This document shows, piece by piece, positions 28,450 through 35,017 of a stretch of 35,017 nt of DNA. Position numbers and translations under genes: made by a program. The stretch's first letter is position 1; each line of letters begins with the position of its first letter. Source of the stretch: a virus (taxonomy: Duplodnaviria > Heunggongvirae > Uroviricota > Caudoviricetes); the IMG/VR virus record IMGVR_UViG_2623620502_000007; one strand, 5' to 3'. A model generated the notes under the pieces. The model did no database searches, had not been told where the DNA came from, and saw nothing but the letters and a program-made list of their open reading frames with translations.

Positions 28450-28579
28450 ATTACCTCCTAGTTACTTTGATAGACCAAAGAGTTAGCTTACAAAAATAGA
28501 GCGGAAATGCCTAGTGTTTCAATCGATTTTTGTGAGAATTGGTTATTTAATAACTATATAAAAACATTGGAATTTACCA

Positions 28580-30862
28580 CTAATTCCAGTTAGCAAAAAG
28601 CCCCCATTCCTCTTGCGAGCGCTCATTAAAACTATAATATTTTCCTTCGTAAAAGAGTGTAGCTCCGCGAGCTAGAGCAAGAAGCAGCCACCTTTCCACC
28701 GCAACCCCCTGCTGAGCAAGGTCTACGCGGATACGGGTAATTTGCATTCGTTCTGACCGGGTCAGTCTGGCCGATGGTGCAATTTCATGCGGTTTTAACG
28801 GGCTTCCATTTCTTTGCTGACGGTTTGGCGTTCTCAGGTCGTGTTTTAATGCGCCCCTGAGCGCCCTCACGACCTCCGGTTCATTCCATTCAATAACACC
28901 GTCATCAACCAGATTAAGCACTGCTGCGGCGTGCTCAGAAGGAGTGGGAGCCGGTAACGAAGTATCACCGCTGGTGAGCTTTCCACAGTTATTGACAGGA
29001 CTCCGAGGCGCGGCGATGCCGCTTTTTAAAGTCAAAGGCTCAACGACCGGCACTTTCGGCACAATGCGCCAGTCCGTCGTTCTGGTGATATGAATATGAC
29101 GCGCGCCGAGATGCGGCGCGTAAATGCCGACCACTCTCTCGACTTCTTCCTCGTACTCGTTAACGTCATCCGACGGGCTACGGGCAACCCTGACAGTCTG
29201 ACAATCGCGCGGAACATTTGCCCCACCCTGCGCGCTGATATACAACGCAAAATCACCACTGTCTGCGGCGGCGCGTGCAGCCTCGACGCGTTCGTCAAAC
29301 TCATCAGCAATGCTGACGCCACGAGGCAATTTGCGTAGTTCACGGTAAGCCCCCATTGTCGGCAGACCAACCGTTTTAAATTGCGGGATGCGCCACGTTG
29401 ACGCCCATGCGGTAACAGCCGCGGCAGTATCTTTAAGCGGCCTGCCGGTATCGTTATCGAGCTGACCATCCAGTGCATAGCCGTCGATATTTTTTGAGAT
29501 GTATTTAGCGATATACCCCGCAGCACCACCCCGGTTAAGGTGTTTTGCCTGAAAACGGTTTCGCGCGGCTCCTCTTTCGTCGCCATCCTCTTTGAGCGCA
29601 TAGCGACGCATGATTTCGATAATCTGGTTACGCTGGCGTGGATTACAAAAAAGCATCATATGCCAGTGCGGCGTTCCGTCGTGGTGTGGCTCGACGACAC
29701 GCAAACCGTAGACCTGTAAATCATTATCCTTGAATGCCGTGCGCATCAGGCTCCAGATACGGCAGAGATAACGCTGCGCATCCTTTGGATTAAATGCCTC
29801 ATCATTCCAGCCGTGATTAAGCTGGACGGTTTTACTTTCGCCTTTTCCGACCTGACGTGTCGGGTGATACTTTGACGGCGTGGTCAGCGTGATAAACATC
29901 CCCACATCACCCTCTGCGGCGGCGTAACGCTCAATACCGGCAATGGTGTTCATCAGCTCCATCCGGCGAATTTCAGGATTAGAAATACTGCCCATCACCT
30001 TACTGATAAGGTCGATGCGCTCGCCGGTTTCCCTGTTTTCAAGGTCACACGATTTAAGAAATTCCAGATTTGCCTGGCGGCGTGCACGCACATCACGAAT
30101 GGCATGTTTACTGGCATAAGGAGAACGGTCTTTATTGACTTCCCCGACAGCTATCAGTAACGCCTCATGCCAGCGCATACGCTGGCCTTTAAGCTGATGA
30201 GTCCACCACTCATCGTTAAACAGACGGGCAATGGCAGAATATGCCTGCCTCGTGGTCATCTGCCCTTTACGGTATTTTTTCCAGTAGAGAGGGGAAATAT
30301 TGAAAGCACGTGCAGCGCCAGCAACATGACCATAGAGGTGAGCCTGCGCCTCATCCGTAAACAGCGATTCTTTTTCGCCATGCGCATCCACCCAGGCATC
30401 GCTGAGTTCCTCATACATCATGAAAAGCTGCGATGAGATACGGGCAGCAAACTTTTTCAGCTCCTTGTCATTCATTCCCGGCAGGCGCGCATAGTGGTCA
30501 CGCTCTGCCAGAAACAGTAACGACGCGTCGGTGTTCATTTCATGGCGCTGATTCACACGCTCAATGCGCGGCCATAAACGACGCTGAAAAGTGGATGTGA
30601 GGAAATAAAACCCGTGCACCGGGCTTTTATTGCGCCGGATGTAGTCATAGCGTGAAGTAAACAGCGAGCGCAAAAAGTAAGGCAGGCGGTTAATCGTGGA
30701 TAAAACACCTTGCACCTGACGCATCTCGTCACGTGTAAGGGGTCTTTCGCGCCCGACGGCCTCGCGTGGCGCGTTCCATGCATAAGCACCGGTAAACGTC
30801 TTACCGGTGCCTGCGGCAAATGCTGACGGAGGGACAAAACGCCCGGAGGCTTTAACGGCCAT
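28580..30862 (-). CDS. A: Replication initiator gpA (rolling-circle nickase, about 760 aa)
   Basis: Start taken at MAVKASGRFVPPSAF; large protein with conserved HxH (PHWHMML) and Tyr motifs; the six-frame ORF extends 14 codons upstream to 30904, so the start is uncertain. Confidence 0.85.
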   Translation of the reverse strand: MAVKASGRFVPPSAFAAGTGKTFTGAYAWNAPREAVGRERPLTRDEMRQVQGVLSTINRLPYFLRSLFTSRYDYIRRNKSPVHGFYFLTSTFQRRLWPRIERVNQRHEMNTDASLLFLAERDHYARLPGMNDKELKKFAARISSQLFMMYEELSDAWVDAHGEKESLFTDEAQAHLYGHVAGAARAFNISPLYWKKYRKGQMTTRQAYSAIARLFNDEWWTHQLKGQRMRWHEALLIAVGEVNKDRSPYASKHAIRDVRARRQANLEFLKSCDLENRETGERIDLISKVMGSISNPEIRRMELMNTIAGIERYAAAEGDVGMFITLTTPSKYHPTRQVGKGESKTVQLNHGWNDEAFNPKDAQRYLCRIWSLMRTAFKDNDLQVYGLRVVEPHHDGTPHWHMMLFCNPRQRNQIIEIMRRYALKEDGDERGAARNRFQAKHLNRGGAAGYIAKYISKNIDGYALDGQLDNDTGRPLKDTAAAVTAWASTWRIPQFKTVGLPTMGAYRELRKLPRGVSIADEFDERVEAARAAADSGDFALYISAQGGANVPRDCQTVRVARSPSDDVNEYEEEVERVVGIYAPHLGARHIHITRTTDWRIVPKVPVVEPLTLKSGIAAPRSPVNNCGKLTSGDTSLPAPTPSEHAAAVLNLVDDGVIEWNEPEVVRALRGALKHDLRTPNRQQRNGSPLKPHEIAPSARLTRSERMQITRIRVDLAQQGVAVERWLLLALARGATLFYEGKYYSFNERSQEEWGLFANWN

Positions 30863-31127
30863 ATGAGCCAAAAACCTCTGAACAACGCTTGCTGAGTTGC
30901 TCAACCTGCGCGTTTAAATCAGCAAAAGACTTTGCGCTTCCGGTCAGAATATCGTGATGCATCAGGCCGGAAACGAGCTGGCTTAATTTCGGGTAATAAC
31001 CAACCACCGACAGCCATTCCTGACCGGCGTTTTTACCGCTTTCCGCTCTCTTTTTCTCGTGGAGAATAAACTGAAAGCTGTCACTGGTAACGACATAACG
31101 TTCGCCAATTTCAATACGAATACTCAT
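30852..31127 (-). CDS. Hypothetical early-region protein (91 aa)
   Basis: Sits between the TraR-like gene and A in the early operon, the position of the small orf80-83 genes of P2; overlaps neighbours at both ends. Confidence 0.6.
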   Translation of the reverse strand: MSIRIEIGERYVVTSDSFQFILHEKKRAESGKNAGQEWLSVVGYYPKLSQLVSGLMHHDILTGSAKSFADLNAQVEQLSKRCSEVFGSYGR

Positions 31128-31348
31128 GCCGTTCTCCGGTAATGTTTGTTTTTTGCTTCAAAGACTGACTGACAGGAAACACAACGCGTGGCTGACGGAT
31201 AAGCCGCACGACGGGCAGCAGGTATTGGCGCATCACACTCTTCGCAAACCAGCGAAGAAACTCCGCAATGTTTTACCCTTGCCGCGTTAATCTGGCGCTC
31301 CAGTAATTCAGCCTGTTGTTCCTGAATAAAATCTACGTTGTCCGGCAT
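31124..31348 (-). CDS. TraR/DksA-family C4 zinc-finger protein (74 aa)
   Basis: C-x2-C...C-x2-C (CEECDAPIP...CVSCQ) with a flanking acidic/coiled region, typical of phage TraR/DksA-like proteins. Confidence 0.7.
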   Translation of the reverse strand: MPDNVDFIQEQQAELLERQINAARVKHCGVSSLVCEECDAPIPAARRAAYPSATRCVSCQSVFEAKNKHYRRTA

Positions 31349-31653
31349 TACCAGCTCCTTTTATCGTTCAGTTTCTTGAATTCATCAGCGCAATAGCTGG
31401 CGATTTCTGTCGTTAATTTTGTCAGCTCATCCACGGATGAAATTTGCTTGTGGAATACAGCGCGTTTAACAAGTAAATTGACCACATCAGACAGGAGGTT
31501 TAATTCATTCTGATAAATCGCGATAACAGATTCAGTTATGTCGCGTTTTTCTTTATCAAGACAAAGTTGAATAAGAGACAAATCGCCATTTTTCATAACG
31601 GCGATTTTTAAGGCGTTATTCAGTAATACAACTGAATGAGAACAGGACATCAA
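31348..31653 (-). CDS. Hypothetical early-region protein (101 aa), AT-rich
   Basis: ORF with stop/start overlaps to its neighbours; composition noticeably more AT-rich than the flanking early genes. Confidence 0.55.
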   Translation of the reverse strand: MMSCSHSVVLLNNALKIAVMKNGDLSLIQLCLDKEKRDITESVIAIYQNELNLLSDVVNLLVKRAVFHKQISSVDELTKLTTEIASYCADEFKKLNDKRSW

Positions 31654-31874
31654 AGCACCTTCCCGCGAGACAATCCGATATTGTGAAATTTTTCCGACTC
31701 CTCACTGAGCAGCTCGACTATCTCCACGCGGGATAACTCCGCCTTTGTGATGTGGCGAATCATGGCGTCAAGATGAGAAGAAAAGCGCGTCGCAGCGTCG
31801 GCCTGTGCTTCGGTTCTGGCCTGTTGCAGCAGTAATGCGTATATACCGCACTGATTTTCAGAAACTGTATGCAT
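31650..31874 (-). CDS. Hypothetical early-region protein (74 aa)
   Basis: Small ORF directly downstream of B in the early operon. Confidence 0.55.
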   Translation of the reverse strand: MHTVSENQCGIYALLLQQARTEAQADAATRFSSHLDAMIRHITKAELSRVEIVELLSEESEKFHNIGLSRGKVL

Positions 31875-31937
31875 GACTTTCTCCAGGCAAAAAGAAGCCC
31901 CGCACGATTAAGTGCGTTAAAAACTCTGGTTAATTAT

Positions 31938-32438
31938 TTAATGCAGATATTGCTCTGGTTTTACCGACGTCAGAATTGTCGGTGCATACTCAAACAGGCT
32001 GAATAATTCACGTAATGCACGGAACAAAGCATCACGCCAGTAACATGATTCTTCATTAATTCGCCAGTATGGCTGGTTGAATTCTTTTTCAGTCAGTCGT
32101 GCGTGCATAAATAAAGTGCGACGCTGACTGACTGTTAAAAAACTAATATATGCATACTCACTTGCACCAACCTGACGGCGTTTTGAGAATGCGCCACGCA
32201 ATTCATCAATTGCACAAACCAGTCGTTCACGTTCGACGTCGTTCATTTCTTCAAAACGCATCGTTGCGTGACGCTGTTTTAACTGTGCATGAAAGCAAAC
32301 CGTTAGCCGTTCGCGCTCCATCATCTGATTATAATAATCACATGTATCCTGCCAGCGAGGGACGGCAAGATGCTTGCCAATTATCCGGCGCATAGCTGCT
32401 GGCTGTTTTTCAACGAGATTGAGCGTCATCACTGTCAT
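31938..32438 (-). CDS. B: Replication protein gpB (166 aa)
   Basis: Start taken at MTVMTLNLVEKQPAAMRR to give 166 aa; the six-frame ORF begins 2 codons upstream; the ATG overlaps the upstream small ORF stop (ATGA). Confidence 0.82.
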   Translation of the reverse strand: MTVMTLNLVEKQPAAMRRIIGKHLAVPRWQDTCDYYNQMMERERLTVCFHAQLKQRHATMRFEEMNDVERERLVCAIDELRGAFSKRRQVGASEYAYISFLTVSQRRTLFMHARLTEKEFNQPYWRINEESCYWRDALFRALRELFSLFEYAPTILTSVKPEQYLH

Positions 32439-32605
32439 TTCCATACCCTCCGGCTTTTCAGAAAGGTCAGAGCCTTTTTTAACGGACTCTGTTTTTTGGT
32501 GCGGATAATGATTCCCTTACGCCCCTTACCGTGGGTGATGGTGAAGTCAATCGCCCTGGGGCTTTCGTTACGCAGTAACTGAGCAATACAACGAGGCTCA
32601 TTCAT
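32435..32605 (-). CDS. Small basic hypothetical protein (56 aa) between cox and B
   Basis: ATG at 32605 preceded by AAGGAGA with 5-nt spacing; Lys/Arg-rich; the six-frame ORF start at 32629 would overlap cox. Confidence 0.55.
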   Translation of the reverse strand: MNEPRCIAQLLRNESPRAIDFTITHGKGRKGIIIRTKKQSPLKKALTFLKSRRVWK

Positions 32606-32615
32606 ACGGTTCTCC

Positions 32616-32891
32616 TTAACGTGGTTCACCGAGACCTAACCACATCAACCAGCCGTCACGAATCTCTTTAGGGCGGCTTTCATAAGCCAGTTTTAGTCCG
32701 TTATTCCATGCCGGAAGGTATACCCAATATTCACCTGCACGACCTGAAGCTGATTGTGGATCGGTCATATCAATTACAGGCAGCTTTCCTTTATCAATCA
32801 TCCGACGAACCGCTCCTGTCGATTTTCCTATTAGTTTTGCGAACTCCTGATAAGGAATCGCATCAGTCATGAGTGTTACTTGCTTGCTCAT
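32616..32891 (-). CDS. cox: Cox, excisionase and repressor of the lysogenic promoter (91 aa)
   Basis: MSKQVTLMTDAIPYQEFAKLIGKSTGAVRRMIDKGKLPVI...; 91 aa as in P2 Cox; divergent from C. Confidence 0.88.
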   Translation of the reverse strand: MSKQVTLMTDAIPYQEFAKLIGKSTGAVRRMIDKGKLPVIDMTDPQSASGRAGEYWVYLPAWNNGLKLAYESRPKEIRDGWLMWLGLGEPR

Positions 32892-33005
32892 GTCGTCCTC
32901 TAGCCCTCATGAATTGCGTTTAATGTCTTATAATGCCTTTTAGTGCCCACATCCAAGCACTAAACAATCTACATCTAAACTAAATACTATTGAGATCTAA
33001 ACACC
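32892..33005. promoter_or_regulatory. Pe/Pc divergent promoter-operator region (lysis-lysogeny switch)
   Basis: 114-bp AT-rich gap between divergent cox and C, the position of the P2 switch; operator repeats not resolved by eye. Confidence 0.55.
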
Positions 33006-33305
33006 ATGTCAAACACGATAAGCGAGAAGATAGTCTTAATGCGAAAATCAGAGTATTTGAGCAGACAACAACTTGCTGATTTAACAGGGGTTCCGTATGG
33101 CACGCTGAGTTACTATGAAAGTGGTCGTTCAACACCTCCAACAGATGTCATGATGAACATCCTGCAGACCCCACAATTCACCAAATACACTTTATGGTTC
33201 ATGACCAATCAGATCGCTCCTGAGTCCGGGCAAATTGCGCCCGCTCTCGCACACTTTGGGCAAAACGAAACAACGTCGCCCCACTCCGGTCAAAAGACTG
33301 GTTAA
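33006..33305 (+). CDS. C: Immunity repressor C (99 aa)
   Basis: 99 aa as in P2 C; helix-turn-helix segment LSRQQLADLTGVPYGTLSYYESGRSTP. Confidence 0.88.
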   Translation: MSNTISEKIVLMRKSEYLSRQQLADLTGVPYGTLSYYESGRSTPPTDVMMNILQTPQFTKYTLWFMTNQIAPESGQIAPALAHFGQNETTSPHSGQKTG

Positions 33306-33420
33306 CAATTCATCGTGAATATATTCATCACAAGTGCCTACTATTGGTGGCTAAATTTCAGCCACCACGAAAAAAGCGATTAGTAGTCGCAAAAAAACAC
33401 ACCACTCGGAGGGTTTTCTG

Positions 33421-34434
33421 ATGGCAATCAAAAAACTCGATGATGGTCGATATGAAGTGGACATCCGCCCTACTGGACGTAATGGAAAACGCATCCGTAG
33501 GAAGTTTGATAAGAAAAGCGAAGCTGTCGCTTTCGAGAAATACACGTTGTACAACCACCACAATAAAGAATGGCTATCAAAACCAACAGACAAGCGACGT
33601 CTGTCGGAGCTGACACAGATCTGGTGGGATTTAAAGGGTAAACACGAAGAGCATGGGAAATCTAATCTTGGAAAAATTGAAATCTTCACAAAAATAACGA
33701 ATGACCCATGCGCATTTCAAATTACGAAATCGCTTATCAGCCAGTACTGCGCCACCCGAAGAAGTCAGGGTATTAAACCTTCGAGTATCAATCGTGATTT
33801 AACATGTATTAGCGGCATGTTTACAGCCCTGATTGAAGCGGAGTTATTCTTTGGTGAGCACCCTATCAGAGGGACAAAAAGGCTTAAGGAGGAAAAACCA
33901 GACACAGGCTATCTCACGCAGGAAGAAATTGCCTTACTGCTTGCTGCTCTTGACGGCGACAACAAAAAGATTGCGATTCTTTGCCTGAGTACTGGAGCAC
34001 GTTGGGGAGAAGCAGCTCGTTTGAAAGCAGAAAATATCATCCATAACCGCGTCACGTTTGTTAAAACGAAAACAAACAAACCACGCACCGTCCCGATCTC
34101 AGAGGCTGTTGCCAAAATGATCGCGGATAACAAACGAGGTTTTTTATTCCCTGATGCTGATTACCCTCGCTTCAGACGAACAATGAAAGCAATAAAACCG
34201 GATTTGCCAATGGGGCAAGCCACACATGCACTAAGGCACAGCTTTGCCACTCATTTCATGATTAATGGAGGAAGTATTATCACGCTACAACGGATACTAG
34301 GTCACACGCGGATTGAGCAAACTATGGTTTACGCTCATTTTGCGCCAGAGTACCTTCAGGACGCCATTTCTCTTAATCCGCTAAGAGGTGGTACTGAAGC
34401 CGAGAGTGTCCACATAGTGTCCACAGTAGAGTAA
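33421..34434 (+). CDS. int: Tyrosine integrase (337 aa)
   Basis: Length equals P2 Int; C-terminal catalytic motifs HALRHSFATHF and LGHTRIEQTMVYAH; GGAGGG RBS; att core 80 nt downstream. Confidence 0.92.
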   Translation: MAIKKLDDGRYEVDIRPTGRNGKRIRRKFDKKSEAVAFEKYTLYNHHNKEWLSKPTDKRRLSELTQIWWDLKGKHEEHGKSNLGKIEIFTKITNDPCAFQITKSLISQYCATRRSQGIKPSSINRDLTCISGMFTALIEAELFFGEHPIRGTKRLKEEKPDTGYLTQEEIALLLAALDGDNKKIAILCLSTGARWGEAARLKAENIIHNRVTFVKTKTNKPRTVPISEAVAKMIADNKRGFLFPDADYPRFRRTMKAIKPDLPMGQATHALRHSFATHFMINGGSIITLQRILGHTRIEQTMVYAHFAPEYLQDAISLNPLRGGTEAESVHIVSTVE

Positions 34435-34513
34435 CGTTTAAGGGCTTTCAGTGGTAATTTATGCCGCTCAAACCCGCATTGTACCGTTGAAAGCCCCTAC
34501 TGGTGACACCCTA

Positions 34514-34540
34514 AATCTCCCTTACACGGGCTTATTTTTT
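34514..34540. repeat. att core, right junction (27 bp, exact copy of 1507-1533)
   Basis: Identical 27-mer; the right copy is followed by one extra T. Confidence 0.85.
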
Positions 34541-34699
34541 TATGCATAAGCCCTATCTCTGGTAACCGTCTTCCATTGACCACATCGATAGAATCTCCCT
34601 TCATAGCACGATGCCTTTCACGTAACGGCATCGTGCTCGCACAGGTTCCGGCTAAGCACAACCAGAACGCGCATGTTTGACGCTTACCAAAAAATATTC

Positions 34700-35017
34700 T
34701 CACTCTCCACATTTGAATGTCAGACGAGCGACGCCATGTAATCCTGCACCTTCTGTCTTCAGGTCAACTATCTGCATTTTTTTGCCCTGAGTAACACAGA
34801 AATGGGCTGCATCATTTTTTACTATATTTTCTGCACCAGATATTCTGCCCCTGGCTAAAGAAGCTTCGGCTTCGGTGTAGTATTGGTTATCGAGTTTACG
34901 CTGAATATTACTTTTATATGCAAGACCAAATTTACCGATACTTGTCTCATCATTATGCACAGCACAACCAGACACAATAAAAATACTAATTAATGATATA
35001 GCAGCTATCTTTTTCAT
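34700..35017 (-). CDS. yegR: Small lipoprotein (105 aa), probably YegR
   Basis: Signal peptide with lipobox (MKKIAAISLISIFIVSGC); start codon exactly at the window edge; neighbourhood with yegQ fits the E. coli yegQ-yegR locus. Confidence 0.6.
   Translation of the reverse strand: MKKIAAISLISIFIVSGCAVHNDETSIGKFGLAYKSNIQRKLDNQYYTEAEASLARGRISGAENIVKNDAAHFCVTQGKKMQIVDLKTEGAGLHGVARLTFKCGE

Larger units (their letters stand above)
1507..34540. mobile_element. Complete P2-like (Peduovirus-type) prophage, about 33 kb, integrated between yegQ and a yegR-like gene
   Basis: Bounded by identical 27-bp direct repeats; contains the full P2 gene set in P2 order with protein lengths matching P2 (D 387, U 159, T 815, FII 172, FI 396, G 175, W 115, V 211, N 357, Q 344, int 337, C 99, cox 91 aa). 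Confidence 0.93.

Noticed and set aside
34605-34637. 11-bp-stem hairpin (agcacgatgcc ... ggcatcgtgct) in the host flank downstream of the yegR-like gene
   Set aside because: No adjacent U-tract on either strand, so not a convincing intrinsic terminator; could be a REP-like element but a single copy cannot be classified.
1-35017. CRISPR arrays, insertion sequences or integrons
   Set aside because: No short regularly spaced direct repeats, no transposase-like ORFs and no terminal inverted repeats were seen; the only mobile element supported is the prophage.

Overview
The window is an enterobacterial chromosomal segment (yegQ at the left edge, a yegR-like lipoprotein gene at the right edge) carrying a complete ~33 kb P2-like prophage at 1507-34540, bounded by an exact 27-bp direct repeat (att core). 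Gene order follows the P2 map: ogr-D-U-T-E/E'-FII-FI-[cargo]-G-H-I-J-W-V-S-R-lysC/B/A-K-Y-X-L-M-N-O on the minus strand, then P-Q on the plus strand, cos, [cargo], and the early region A-orfs-B-cox (minus) and C-int (plus). Two markedly AT-rich cargo insertions sit at the two classic variable slots of P2-like phages. The tin/old slot (25141-28579) holds a translationally coupled operon of a PP2C-family phosphatase followed by two Hanks-type Ser/Thr kinases with distinct C-terminal domains; this is the strongest candidate for a phosphorylation-based antiphage or lysogeny-control system. The FI/G (Z/fun) slot (8238-10411) holds three small uncharacterised ORFs plus about 450 nt of unexplained non-coding DNA. 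Other supported signals are the programmed -1 frameshift producing gpE+E', the lysC-in-lysB embedded spanin pair, a cos site, and tandem 132-nt repeats inside the tail-fibre gene H. All calls rest on reading the sequence and recalled P2 biology; no database search was run.
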